Source: Myxococcota bacterium (GTDB lineage: Bacteria > Myxococcota_A > Polyangia > Nannocystales > Nannocystaceae). Taken from it: a stretch of DNA of 64,000 nt. The position numbers and the translations under genes are program-made. The notes beneath the pieces were generated by a model. The model was not told the DNA's origin, ran no database searches, and worked only from the letters and a program-made list of their open reading frames with translations. The stretch covers positions 32,001 to 96,000 of the forward strand of contig JBCCWC010000012.1 in assembly GCA_039194325.1 (NCBI GenBank). Reading direction: 5' to 3'. Every line of letters starts with the position of its first letter. The first letter of the stretch is position 1. Of the stretch, positions 39,924 to 50,053 are shown one piece after another.

Positions 39924-41318
39924 TCAGGCATCAAGCAAAGCATACGAACCGAGCTTGTGAGTCAAACCGATCTTGTACGCTACAGCGGGATTTACATCAT
40001 ACCAAAAACCATCACTTTCATAGCACAGCATCAGGTCCCGACCCATAACCCCCATGAGCGCACCAAGCCGGCTGCGCTCGATCCCCCACAGATCACCGAA
40101 CTTGCTGACTTCGAGCAGGATGTCGAGGTCGTCTTTGCACAAGTTTCCGCGACGAGCACTGTGAGCAGCGATCACGTCCTCGACCTCCAAAATACCGAGG
40201 GGCAGTTCCTTACCCTTACCCAGCCCCTTTATGACAACATCCTTAGTCAGGCTAGCAAGGTCGCGGAGGTGACCTCCACTCGCCAGGACAAGCCTTCTTG
40301 TACATACCGAACGCATCGTCCCAAACAAACGATCGAGATCCACCCGCATCGCAATCATCTGAGCAAGGGCGCCAATCCCCGGAGCGTACGGCTCACGTTT
40401 GGGAGGGCGACTCTGAATCTTAACATTGGGCAACAAGTGCACCCTTCCGTCGAACACATCTAAGATTCCCGGATTAAGGAGGACAAGAGGAGGAGGAACC
40501 GTATAAACCGTATGACACCGTGGCAGCTTGAGCAGATCACTATAGAAGAAGAATAGATCGGACATTTCTTGGTAAACAGACGCCGCCTCTGATCTGAACA
40601 CGGTGAATTTCTCAAGGTCATCCACAAGCACGACTAATTGCCGCGGTTCTACAGCAGTTGCGATCTCCAGCACGAACTGGTGCAAAAAATCACGAACCTT
40701 ATCGAGTGCATGCGGACCTAGCGTTTCGCGCAGCTGCTCCCGTAGTCGATCGCCTCCACTGTGGAGCACCGACTTAATGTCGGCGATGCCACGCTCGAAG
40801 GTCACGCCTTCATCGAACATACGGAAAGTGTGTCCATGCATACTTTCCCAGTTCGTGCCTCTGCGTAGCCTCGTGAGTATATCCTCATCCATCGACGCGA
40901 GCGCGGCCTCACCGATGCCCGCCACCAAGAGCACCGCCATCTCCTCGATAGAGAGAGCACGATTCATGCGGTGATACTGCTTGGCACTAACTCGTAAGAT
41001 CGAGTAGCCAGGAGGCCGCACCATCTCCCGAAGCTCTCGGGCCAGGCGATTGAGCTCGGTCGTCTTCCCTGAACCAGGAAAACCCGCAAACAAATGGGTA
41101 CTCCCGGCACTCCCCGAAACAGCTGAGAGCCGAATGATACAGAGTATTGCATCGATAGCGGAACGACCTCGTAGCCCTTGGATTCTTCCACTACCTCTCG
41201 ACCATGGGTCACAATCCACATAACGCGCTCGTTCCTCGTCGGAGTTCGAGTTATCGAGAGGATGCGGCTCAAGACAGCGACACCATCGGGTGAATAGCTC
41301 TTTTTTCTCGTCGCTCAT
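39924..41318 (-). CDS. P-loop NTPase/AAA ATPase in a lower-GC segment
   Basis: Walker A GFPGSGKT, Walker B LVVLVDDLEK, ASGGHLRDL, WYDVNP. Confidence 0.85.
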   Translation of the reverse strand: MSDEKKELFTRWCRCLEPHPLDNSNSDEERARYVDCDPWSRGSGRIQGLRGRSAIDAILCIIRLSAVSGSAGSTHLFAGFPGSGKTTELNRLARELREMVRPPGYSILRVSAKQYHRMNRALSIEEMAVLLVAGIGEAALASMDEDILTRLRRGTNWESMHGHTFRMFDEGVTFERGIADIKSVLHSGGDRLREQLRETLGPHALDKVRDFLHQFVLEIATAVEPRQLVVLVDDLEKFTVFRSEAASVYQEMSDLFFFYSDLLKLPRCHTVYTVPPPLVLLNPGILDVFDGRVHLLPNVKIQSRPPKREPYAPGIGALAQMIAMRVDLDRLFGTMRSVCTRRLVLASGGHLRDLASLTKDVVIKGLGKGKELPLGILEVEDVIAAHSARRGNLCKDDLDILLEVSKFGDLWGIERSRLGALMGVMGRDLMLCYESDGFWYDVNPAVAYKIGLTHKLGSYALLDA

Positions 41319-41440
41319 GTATCACGCGAGCATAGTCCATCTCAGCCACATACAGTCCGGTTTTTTCTTCTCTTGCAAGTGGTTACTTATTGCCCACTAT
41401 ACTGCTTTCAACTGGTCTATCACCCCCCACCTCCCCCGAA

Positions 41441-42154
41441 TCACCCCAGCGGCTCCAGCAGCTCGGCCACCAGCTCGGTCGCCGGCTTGCGCGCCAGCGC
41501 CTCCACGCTGCCCCGCTGGGCCACCCTGCCTTCGTCGAGCACCACGATCTCCCCGCCGAGCACCAGCAGATCCCGCAGGTCATGGGTCACCACCAGCGCG
41601 GGCCGCTCCGCCGCCTGCAAGTGCTGAGCAAGCAACGCCCGCGTCTGTCGGCGCTTGCCCACGTCGAGGGCCGACAACGGCTCGTCGAGCAACAGCCCCT
41701 CGGGCTCGATGGCCAGCGCCCGAGCCAGCGCCACCCGCTGGCGCTCCCCGCCGGACATGGCGTGGGGCAAGCGATCGGCGAGCGCCTCGATGTCCAGCCG
41801 CCGCAGCACCTCCCTGGCCCGCTCCCGCGCCTCCGCCCCGCGCCCGCACCCGAAGGCCACGTTGTCCAGCGCGCTCAAGTGGGGAAACAAGCCCAGCCCC
41901 TGCGGCACGTAGCCGATCCGCCGATCTTCCGGCGGCCGAAAGATCCCCGCCGCGGTGTCCATCAACGTCCGCCCCCGCAGCACCACGCGACCCTCCAGCC
42001 CGGTGCGCGCCCCGGCAATCGCACGAAGCACAGTGGTCTTGCCCGCCCCGTTGGGACCGATGATCACGGTAGGATCACCCCCGGCCTCGAACGAAACATC
42101 CACCGTCAGCGCACCCAGCCGCCCCCGCAGCTCCACCCGCCAGCCTTCGCTCAT
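41441..42154 (-). CDS. modC: Molybdate ABC transporter ATP-binding protein
   Basis: [41 protein letters not shown]; operon context. Confidence 0.85.
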   Translation of the reverse strand: MSEGWRVELRGRLGALTVDVSFEAGGDPTVIIGPNGAGKTTVLRAIAGARTGLEGRVVLRGRTLMDTAAGIFRPPEDRRIGYVPQGLGLFPHLSALDNVAFGCGRGAEARERAREVLRRLDIEALADRLPHAMSGGERQRVALARALAIEPEGLLLDEPLSALDVGKRRQTRALLAQHLQAAERPALVVTHDLRDLLVLGGEIVVLDEGRVAQRGSVEALARKPATELVAELLEPLG

Positions 42155-42984
42155 CGACCATGCCCTCCGCCAGCACTCGCAGCGGATCGCGCCAGCCAGC
42201 GCCGCCCAGCCCGGGCCATCACCAAAGTGAGCAAGGCCACCAGCAAAAGCACCAACGCCACCGCAATAGCCACCCGCAGATCGCCCTCGAACGTGGCGTA
42301 GATCGCCAGCGGCATAGTCTGGGTCTTGCCCTCGTAGCTGCCGGCGAATAAGAGCGTGGCCCCGAACTCCCCGAGCGCTCGCGCCCAACAAAGCGCCGCG
42401 CCCCCCAGTAGCGCCGGCAGGGCGACGGGCACCGCCACCCGCAAGAACGCCTGACGCGAGGTCGCCCCCAAGGTGCGCGCCACCAGCAACAGATCGTCGT
42501 CCACCCCGCGAAACCCAGCGACAGCCGACTGCACGTAGAACGGCGCGGCTACCACCACCTGAGCGATCAGCACGGCCCAGCGGGTGAACACGAGACTCCC
42601 GATCCACGGCGCCAGCGGACCGTGCCGCCCAAACACCAACAACAAGGCGATGCCGATCACCGCCGGGGGGATCACGATGGGCAGCTCCACGGTGATCTCG
42701 ACGAGCCGCGCCACCGAGCCGCGCGAACGCGCGATCCACCAGGCCAGCGGAGTTCCGGCCACCAGCACCACGCCGAGGCTCAGGGCGGTGGTCTGCAAGC
42801 TCAAGCCCAGGGCGGGCAAGACCTTCGGATGCCCCAGAGCGTCCCATAGCTCGCCCGGCGAGCTGGCCAGCGCCAGCGCAACGACCGGCAGCACCAACAA
42901 GACCCAAAGACCGATCCCCAGCCCGACGACAGGAAGCGCCCGCAGCCCCCCCCGCAGCCCGCGAGACAAGCGCTCACCGGTCAT
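42151..42984 (-). CDS. modB: Molybdate ABC transporter permease
   Basis: LPIVIPPAVIG, ARALGEFGAT, KTQTMPLAIY. Confidence 0.92.
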   Translation of the reverse strand: MTGERLSRGLRGGLRALPVVGLGIGLWVLLVLPVVALALASSPGELWDALGHPKVLPALGLSLQTTALSLGVVLVAGTPLAWWIARSRGSVARLVEITVELPIVIPPAVIGIALLLVFGRHGPLAPWIGSLVFTRWAVLIAQVVVAAPFYVQSAVAGFRGVDDDLLLVARTLGATSRQAFLRVAVPVALPALLGGAALCWARALGEFGATLLFAGSYEGKTQTMPLAIYATFEGDLRVAIAVALVLLLVALLTLVMARAGRRWLARSAASAGGGHGR

Positions 42985-43849
42985 CGAGCGACACAAACCC
43001 GTGCTCCTGCAGCACGGCCTGGCCAGGCGAGGATCCAAGCAGCTCGACCCACTGCCGCGCCACGTGGGGGTGCTCGCTGTCGACGAGGATCCCCACATGA
43101 TACTCGGCGGCCACATCGAGCGACGCGGGGATCGGAATCATCGTCACCGCACGAGCGGAGGTAACGTCGCTACGGTAGACGATCGCTGCGTCGGCCTCGC
43201 CCAGCTCCACCTTGGCCAGCACCAGCCGCACGTTGGGCTCGAGCGAGACGACGCGCTCTTGCACCTGAGCCCGAAAACTACCGCCCTGCAAACTACCGCC
43301 CTGCAAACCACCGCCCTGCAGACCGCTATGGTTGTTATAGTAACGATCGGCCTGCTCGAGCAGCGCCTGCGTGTAGCGACCCACGGGGACCTCGGGCACA
43401 CCCAGCACCACGCGGCTCGCCCTTGGAAGCTGCTCCAGCGACTCGATCCCCGCCGGGTTGTCGGGCGGCACGACGAGCGCCAAGCCCCCACGAGCGAAGG
43501 GATGCTCCTGGGCGACCCGACCCGCGGCCATCACGGCCTGCATGTGCTCGGCGTTGGCCGACGCAAACACGTCGCCGGGTGCACCATGCTCGAGCTGCAC
43601 CCGCAACACCTGGCTGCCCGCGTGGATCATCACCACGTCGGTGCCCGGATGCTCCCCCTCGAATCGTCGCTCGAGCACGCCGAAGGCGTCGGTCAGCGAC
43701 GAGGCGGCCAGCACGGTCAAGACGGTCTGCGAACGATCACCGCAGGCGCCGGCGCCCAGCAACCCGACCAACGCAAGCAGACCACCCCGCCGGCGCCTGC
43801 GAGCTAGCCGACGACCGGCGGCGAAACGCTGAAGACGCTCAGACATCAT
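42974..43849 (-). CDS. modA: Molybdate ABC transporter substrate-binding lipoprotein
   Basis: AASSLTDAF, DVFASAN, VPVGRY, GEADAAIVYRSD. Confidence 0.92.
   Translation of the reverse strand: MMSERLQRFAAGRRLARRRRRGGLLALVGLLGAGACGDRSQTVLTVLAASSLTDAFGVLERRFEGEHPGTDVVMIHAGSQVLRVQLEHGAPGDVFASANAEHMQAVMAAGRVAQEHPFARGGLALVVPPDNPAGIESLEQLPRASRVVLGVPEVPVGRYTQALLEQADRYYNNHSGLQGGGLQGGSLQGGSFRAQVQERVVSLEPNVRLVLAKVELGEADAAIVYRSDVTSARAVTMIPIPASLDVAAEYHVGILVDSEHPHVARQWVELLGSSPGQAVLQEHGFVSLDDR
43277..43326. repeat. 15-bp imperfect tandem repeat inside modA (LQGGG/S x3)
   Basis: ACCGCCCTGCA repeated with 15-bp period. Confidence 0.85.
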
Positions 43850-44994
43850 GGCGTGGTGGCATGCCCCATCATGCTGGCGTCGTAGGAGCCCAGCACGCCG
43901 ATCTCGCGGCGAAGGGCCGGATCGTCCAGAGCATCGAGCATGCGGGCGATCGATCGCTCGGTGGCGATGTCGTGGGGAACGACCAAGTCGAAGCCCTCCT
44001 CGGTGAGCGGGATGAAGCGCAACCCAGCCTCGCGGGCAACGGCCTCCACCGTCACGCCAACATCGGCCCCGTGGAGCGACACCGCCTGCGCGACCTCGCG
44101 GTGGCTGGTGGCCACCCGCGCGACACGGAGGGCCTCGATGCTCATGCCAAGCCCACCCAGGACACGCGAGAGCACCCGAAGGGCCCCCGCCCCCGCCTCG
44201 CGCAAGACCCATCGGTGCGAAGGACCGAGCAGCTCCGCCAGATCACGCCCACACTCGGAGGGACGCACGACCAGACCGGTACGCCAGCGCAGCAGGCGGA
44301 CCAGATGCGTACGAACACCCGGAAAACGCGTACGCACCAGCGCGGCGTGGCCCGCCCCCGCGGCGGGATCCTCGAGGTGCACCCCAGCCACGTGCACAAA
44401 CCCCGCGGTCAACAGCTCCAGCGAGGTGGTGCTGTTGACCGAGATCCAGTGGAGGCGCCCCGCATGACCATGCTCAAGCCGGTCGAGGATGAGCCCAAGC
44501 ACCGGCGCACAACCAGCCACGAGGATGTTGGCGCCGAAGGTGGAAGAACGAGATAGCGGGATGGCACGAACGCCCTGGCACGGGCGACGAGCCGGCGCCT
44601 CGGCACTGACCAGGGCGTCGGCACAGCGCGAGCTTCGATCGCCCATGGGGTGAGCAACCCAGCGCGAGCGCACCTGCCCCAGCAAGACACGATGAGCACC
44701 GGCGGGTAGGGACTGCCCCGGGGCCAGCTCGACTTCGACAGCATCAGACTCGACGTCGAGGGCCGGAATGACCGACGGCGAAGAACTCCGGGGCTCAGTG
44801 GCCGAGGCACGTCCACGCCCGCGCCCACTCCCCCGCTGATCGAACCACGCGAGCACCTCGGCCCGACGAAACCGCCAGTGGCCCCGACCGACCCGATGCC
44901 CCGGCAAGCCCTGGCGCAGCAACCGATAGAGGTGCTTGGGATGCACCCGCAGCAGCTGCGCAACCTCGCCGGAAGTGAGTAGCGCGTCGTCCAA
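43846..44994 (-). CDS. Excisionase-type HTH + periplasmic-binding-fold regulator of the mod operon
   Basis: LLTSGEVAQLLRVHPKHLYRL, HVAGVHL, REAGAG, FIPLTEEGFDLV. Confidence 0.85.
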   Translation of the reverse strand: MDDALLTSGEVAQLLRVHPKHLYRLLRQGLPGHRVGRGHWRFRRAEVLAWFDQRGSGRGRGRASATEPRSSSPSVIPALDVESDAVEVELAPGQSLPAGAHRVLLGQVRSRWVAHPMGDRSSRCADALVSAEAPARRPCQGVRAIPLSRSSTFGANILVAGCAPVLGLILDRLEHGHAGRLHWISVNSTTSLELLTAGFVHVAGVHLEDPAAGAGHAALVRTRFPGVRTHLVRLLRWRTGLVVRPSECGRDLAELLGPSHRWVLREAGAGALRVLSRVLGGLGMSIEALRVARVATSHREVAQAVSLHGADVGVTVEAVAREAGLRFIPLTEEGFDLVVPHDIATERSIARMLDALDDPALRREIGVLGSYDASMMGHATTP

Positions 44995-45031
44995 GAAGGA
45001 TCAAAAGGTAGCATCAAGTAACATCAGGTAA
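44992..45031 (-). promoter_or_regulatory. 10-bp-period direct repeats (putative operator)
   Basis: Minus strand TTACCTGATG TTACTTGATG CTACCTTTTG ATCCTTCTTG ending at the start codon. Confidence 0.6.
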
Positions 45032-45146
45032 CTAATTCATCGAAGAACCCGAACGATTTCGCCCTACTGGCCGACCACCACCCGACCATCATGAGCGACC
45101 ACTACCCGACCACCGACCACCACGAGCGAGAGCCCGAGTCGCTCGT

Positions 45147-46448
45147 TCAGTGCACCGAACCGCGCTCGCGCCGGCGAGCCGCGGAGAGCCGACCAAGGAA
45201 GGGCAACGCCATCAGCACGCACAACACCTCGGAGACGCCCGCGACCACGAAGGCCGAGCGATAGCCGGCCGCCCAACCTTGCGAGGCAGCAACCCACTGA
45301 CTGACGGTACCACCGACGAGGGGACCAACGATGAAGCCCAACGAACCAGCCGCGTTGAAGGCCCCCAGCGCGGTGGCCAGAGCCCGAGCGTCGGCGGCCT
45401 CGACCGTCAACAACATCGAGGGCACGAACATCACCGCGGCCATGATCCCCAGGCTGAGCATGAGCACCAGCAGCCAGTCGATCGACCACCAGCCCAGGGT
45501 CGCGGTGGCGATCCCGTAGCCCAGGCTCCCGCTCCCCAAAAGCTTGACGGCCGAGATCCGCTCGGAGAGCCGCCCAAAGGGGTACGAGAGCAGGGCAAAG
45601 GGCAGCATGAACGCGGCGATCAGCAGACCGACCTGGGCCGGAGGAACCTCGTGGATCCGCTTGAGGTACAGACTGAAGGTGGTGGTGAAGAATCCGACGG
45701 TAAAGCGGTCGATGAAGGCGAACACCAGCGGGACCAGCACCAACGGATGCGCCCGCATCATGGCCGCGATCTCCCGCAACCCCGGCTTGTCACGAGCGGC
45801 GACCCCCTGGGGCCCAGCCATGGCGATCGCGGCGAAGACCGCCGCGATCAACAAGATGCCGATCCCCGCCTCAAGCACGACCGTCGGCCCCTGGCGCCCG
45901 AGGATCCCGCCCACCGGCGCGCCTAGGGCCACCCCGAGCAGCAAGCCGGCCCCCACCACCCCCATCACCCGTCCGCGTCGGCCCTCGGGCGCGAGCGCGT
46001 TGGCGTGGGCGAGCACGAGCGACAGCGCGAAGATGTGCGCGCAGCCCTCGACGAAGCGAATGCCCATGAACACCGGGAAGCTCGATGGCAAGGTCAGCCC
46101 CAAGAAGCAAACCGCGTCGACGATGAGCGCCCCCACCACCAGCGGCCGCCGCCGGCCAAAGCGATCGGACAACGCCCCGGCGATCGGAGCGGCGAGGATC
46201 GCCCCGACCATGTTGATCGACATGAAGGTGGAGGTGGCCAGCTCCGACACAGAGAAGCGCTCGAGCACCAGCTCGCGGAGCACCGGCACGGGCAAGGTGA
46301 CCGGGACGAGGGTCAGCAGCGCAAGCACACCGAGCGCGATGATGCGGGCGCGAGATGCCTCGGGCTTGGGAGCTGCGCGAGGATCGTCGCCCGCCCCCAC
46401 ACCGGTCGCCGCCGGCTGTTGCGCTCGCTCGCCGTGGCTGTGTTTCAT
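45147..46448 (-). CDS. MFS transporter
   Basis: GALSDRFGRRR, GRLSERIS, about 12 hydrophobic segments. Confidence 0.92.
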   Translation of the reverse strand: MKHSHGERAQQPAATGVGAGDDPRAAPKPEASRARIIALGVLALLTLVPVTLPVPVLRELVLERFSVSELATSTFMSINMVGAILAAPIAGALSDRFGRRRPLVVGALIVDAVCFLGLTLPSSFPVFMGIRFVEGCAHIFALSLVLAHANALAPEGRRGRVMGVVGAGLLLGVALGAPVGGILGRQGPTVVLEAGIGILLIAAVFAAIAMAGPQGVAARDKPGLREIAAMMRAHPLVLVPLVFAFIDRFTVGFFTTTFSLYLKRIHEVPPAQVGLLIAAFMLPFALLSYPFGRLSERISAVKLLGSGSLGYGIATATLGWWSIDWLLVLMLSLGIMAAVMFVPSMLLTVEAADARALATALGAFNAAGSLGFIVGPLVGGTVSQWVAASQGWAAGYRSAFVVAGVSEVLCVLMALPFLGRLSAARRRERGSVH

Positions 46449-46859
46449 CGGCGCTGGATCATCGCATGCCCGAGCCCTCGGCCCGCCCGTCCTCACGCTC
46501 GGAAGACCGCAGAGCACGGCGGGCCACGACCGCCCCGGGCGCAGAACAGACGGCGGGATCCCAGACCGATGACCCTGCCCCTTCGCGCAATCGCCCTTGA
46601 CGTCGAGCGGCCGAGGACATCCGCTGTCGGTGAGCATCGTGCGGACATCCCGGACCGCTATGACACCGCTGTCGTGGATGCCGAGCTCGAACGAAGACGC
46701 CAGCCCGGACGGACGTTCCAACCCCGTGGCACGCGACAAATTCGTCACGCTTGTCGCCACTGCGCGACGGTGTACGTTGCGGGAGTGGGGCGGACCGGTG
46801 GAGGACCGGCAGACCGGCGGCAGACCGGCGGCAGACCGGGAGCGACTGAGGGTGCACAC

Positions 46860-49091
46860 ATGAGCGTCAGCAAGAGCACCGGACGTTCGTGGCAGACCCA
46901 CGCGGTGAGCCTGGCCACCACCGCCGCGCTGGGCTGCGCCCCCCCCTCGGCGCAGGCTCCCAACCCCTGCGGGCAGGGAGCCTACCCGGCGGGCTCCGCT
47001 GGCGTGTGCTTGTGCGAGCCCGGGCACCACGGCGATCCGGAGGTCGAGTGCCCCCCCCACGAGGACGTCTGCGCCCAAGCGGAGCAGCGCCTATCGCATC
47101 GCGTCTGCACGCACACGGTCGACGACGAGGCCCAGTGGACCCAGCTGTCGGTGGGCGGCGGCCCGGCGATCGGAGGGCTCCGGCGGCTGGGCAAGTACCT
47201 GGCCCCAGCCTCGAGCACGGCGCGGCTGCCGACCCTCTTTTCCGACGCCAACTCCTACCGGCTGCACTTTTGCCTGATGTCGGCCGGCTTCGAGCCGCTG
47301 TTCCCGGGCCTGACCACCGCCGACTACGCCCGCCTCATCATGACGCACGCGGGGCGGGAGTTCTACGCGGGCTCGGTCTACGAGTTCCAAGACCCGGACC
47401 CGGTCCGCTTCGGGTTCTCGATCGAGACGGCGCTTCGGCCCGAACAAATGCTCCCGCCCGAGACGGTCTATGCGATCTACCAGCAGCTCTCCGATCGCTT
47501 CGCGCTCGGCGAGCTGGGCTACCTGCCCCGGGGTACCCTCCAAGAACAAACGGCCCAGGCCTGGATCGACCCGCCCTTCCCGGTGCTCAGCGCCCAAGAC
47601 GACGGGGTGACGCTCGAGGTCTACACCCCGGGGATCGCCTTCGGTCGGGTACGCCTGCACCACGGCGGCGAGCCGCACGACTTTGGCTGGCAGGACATCG
47701 TGGTCTTCGACCAGGTCCCCATCGATCTCGAGGGAGTGGTCGGGGCCGCGGTCACCGGGCAACGACAAGACATCCTGAGCCACCTCAACGTGCTGTCGGC
47801 CCAGCGGGGCACGCCCAATTTCTTCGTCGACGAGGCGATCGCGGCCTTCTCCCCCCACGAGGGACAGCTGGTCCGGGTGGAGGCCGAGCCGGGGACCTAT
47901 AAGGTTCGGCCAGCCACCGAAGACGAGGCCGAGGCCTACTGGGCGCAGCAGCGACCCGCAGCCGAGGTGGAAAACCCCGCCCAGCTCGACTACGAACAGC
48001 TCGACTCGTTCACCGCGATCCCCACCGCGACGCCGCAAGAGCGCGCCCTGGCGCGCGCGCGCTTCGGGGCCAAGACGGTCGGGCTCGCCACCCTCGCCCC
48101 GCTCATCGATACGCGCTACCAGACCCCGGGGCTCGGCGTACCGTTCCACTATTACGATGAGTTCATGACCACCAACTCGTGGTCGATCGATCTGGGTGAG
48201 GGCCCCCAAGCGGCAACCTACGCCGAGACGATCGCGGCGTGGCTAGACGACGACCAGTTCCGCACCAACGCGTCGGTCCGCAAGGAGCGGCTGGCCGCCC
48301 TGCGCGAGCAGATGCGCTCGGGGGGCGTGGTCTCGCCCACGCTCACGCAAGCGCTGCGCGAGCGGATCATCGCCGAGTTCGGGAGCGACACGGTCATGGT
48401 CCGCATCCGCTCGTCGTCGAACGCCGAAGACACGCCCACGTTCAATGGAGCGGGCCTGTACGACTCGACGAGCGCCTGCGCAGCCGACTCGGTCGCCCCG
48501 GGCCCCCCGACCACGTCGGCGTGCGACCCGAGCAAGGAGCTCCGCACGCTCGAGCGAGCCCTGGCCAAGGTCTGGGCGAGCCTGTGGAACTTCGGCGCGT
48601 TCGAGGAGCGCGAGTACTACCAGCTCGATCACCGGCAGATCGCGATGGGCGCCACGGTGTCCCTGCGCTTCGAAGACGAGCGGGCCAACGGGGTGGCCTT
48701 CACCGGCGATCCGGTCGACCCCCGAAGATCACGCTTCACAGTCAATGCCCAGGCCGGAGAGATCGACGTGGTCAGCCCGACCCCAGGGATCACGGCGGAG
48801 CTTACGTTCTTGACGATCGACGACGGCGAGGTGGTAGAGATCGAGCGCGCCGTCGAGTCCTCGCTGGTGCCCAACGGCCAGCCGGTGGTGAGCGAGGACC
48901 ACCTCGAAGAGCTCGGCGGGCTGATGGCCGAGCTCGAGCAGATCTACCCGGTCGACGACCAAGACGAGTCTCTAGAGGATCCGATCCTGGACCTAGAGTT
49001 CAAGGTCACGCACGACGACGCGCTGGTGATCAAGCAGATCCGTACCTTCGTGCCCGTGCCCTATGCGTCGGATCCCACGTGCCGCCAATGA
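46860..49091 (+). CDS. Lipoprotein with EGF-like module and PEP/pyruvate-binding (PPDK_N) domain
   Basis: ALGC lipobox, CLCEPGHHGDP, FGAK, RIRSSSNAED, FNGAGLYDS, KVWASLWN, DLEFK, IKQIR. Confidence 0.85.
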   Translation: MSVSKSTGRSWQTHAVSLATTAALGCAPPSAQAPNPCGQGAYPAGSAGVCLCEPGHHGDPEVECPPHEDVCAQAEQRLSHRVCTHTVDDEAQWTQLSVGGGPAIGGLRRLGKYLAPASSTARLPTLFSDANSYRLHFCLMSAGFEPLFPGLTTADYARLIMTHAGREFYAGSVYEFQDPDPVRFGFSIETALRPEQMLPPETVYAIYQQLSDRFALGELGYLPRGTLQEQTAQAWIDPPFPVLSAQDDGVTLEVYTPGIAFGRVRLHHGGEPHDFGWQDIVVFDQVPIDLEGVVGAAVTGQRQDILSHLNVLSAQRGTPNFFVDEAIAAFSPHEGQLVRVEAEPGTYKVRPATEDEAEAYWAQQRPAAEVENPAQLDYEQLDSFTAIPTATPQERALARARFGAKTVGLATLAPLIDTRYQTPGLGVPFHYYDEFMTTNSWSIDLGEGPQAATYAETIAAWLDDDQFRTNASVRKERLAALREQMRSGGVVSPTLTQALRERIIAEFGSDTVMVRIRSSSNAEDTPTFNGAGLYDSTSACAADSVAPGPPTTSACDPSKELRTLERALAKVWASLWNFGAFEEREYYQLDHRQIAMGATVSLRFEDERANGVAFTGDPVDPRRSRFTVNAQAGEIDVVSPTPGITAELTFLTIDDGEVVEIERAVESSLVPNGQPVVSEDHLEELGGLMAELEQIYPVDDQDESLEDPILDLEFKVTHDDALVIKQIRTFVPVPYASDPTCRQ

Positions 49092-49113
49092 CCCATACCT
49101 AACCCACAGTCCC

Positions 49114-49749
49114 TCAGGACTCGGCCAGCACCTCGCAGCCTGCGCCGCAGACCAGCGCCGGCTCCTCGCCCTCACGCCCCTCGCAGCGCGTGGGCTCGCC
49201 GGCAGCGCAAGTGTCGAAGCGACAACCCTGCTGGCCGATCTGCCCCCCGGGACAGCGGAGGGTACAGATCGATCCGGCCTCGCACACCACGGGGCAATTG
49301 GCGTCCATGCACTCGAAGTCGCAGCGACTGTCGACCCCGCAGCGGCAGGTGCCGTTGGCGCAGACCCCCGCGCACAGGTCGTGACCCCCTTCGCAGGTGA
49401 CATGGCAGGGCCCGGCATCGCAGGCGAAGTCGCAGCGAGAGCCCGCGACGCAGGTACAGTCCCCGTTGGCGCAGGTCCCACGGCACTCGGTCTGCGCCTC
49501 GCAATCCACGTGACAGGGCGGAGACTGGCACTCGAACGTACAGGTGCTTCCCGCTCCACACCGACAGTCCCCATTGCCGCAGGCCGCCACACACTCCGGG
49601 TTGTCCCCGGCGCAGTCCACGTGGCACGGCGGAGCCTCACACTCGAAGTCGCAGCTCGCCCCGACCTCGCAGACGCAATCCCCGTTGGAGCAATCGGCCT
49701 GCACAGGACGACAGGCAAACCCGAGCGAGAGGATGAGCCCGAGGACCAT
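49114..49749 (-). CDS. Cys-rich repeat lipoprotein
   Basis: GFAC lipobox; repeated CANGDCxC..GSxCDFEC..PCHVxC. Confidence 0.8.
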   Translation of the reverse strand: MVLGLILSLGFACRPVQADCSNGDCVCEVGASCDFECEAPPCHVDCAGDNPECVAACGNGDCRCGAGSTCTFECQSPPCHVDCEAQTECRGTCANGDCTCVAGSRCDFACDAGPCHVTCEGGHDLCAGVCANGTCRCGVDSRCDFECMDANCPVVCEAGSICTLRCPGGQIGQQGCRFDTCAAGEPTRCEGREGEEPALVCGAGCEVLAES

Positions 49750-50053
49750 AAAGGTCGAGAATGCCCCGACGGCCCAGGAGGTCCAGACGCCCCAGATGGT
49801 GGAAGAACGATGCGATCGGCCGAGCATGAATGATCGTCAGTGTGAAGGGGCACGGCGAACCCAAAACCGATGAAAATTTCTGAAGCAGACTTGCCCGAGC
49901 TGCTCTGGGCGATCCCCGCCAGGGTCTACCCGTTCCGGTCCGCCCACCACGAGCGGATCACTTGCCACCGCTCCTCCGACCCGTACGCCGCCGAGGCATC
50001 CGATCTGCACCAACCCGCGCCACCGGTCCAGAGCTTGCATTCGCCCCCGAGTA

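Noticed and set aside
39840..40463. 207-aa plus-strand ORF
   Set aside because: Antisense to the ATPase, with no recognisable motifs
43846..44994. Prophage excisionase
   Set aside because: The HTH is fused to a PBP-fold domain heading modABC; no integrase or phage genes present
46005..47078. Long 5' extensions of the MFS and PPDK_N ORFs
   Set aside because: They overlap each other and lack domain features; better starts are at 46448 and 46860
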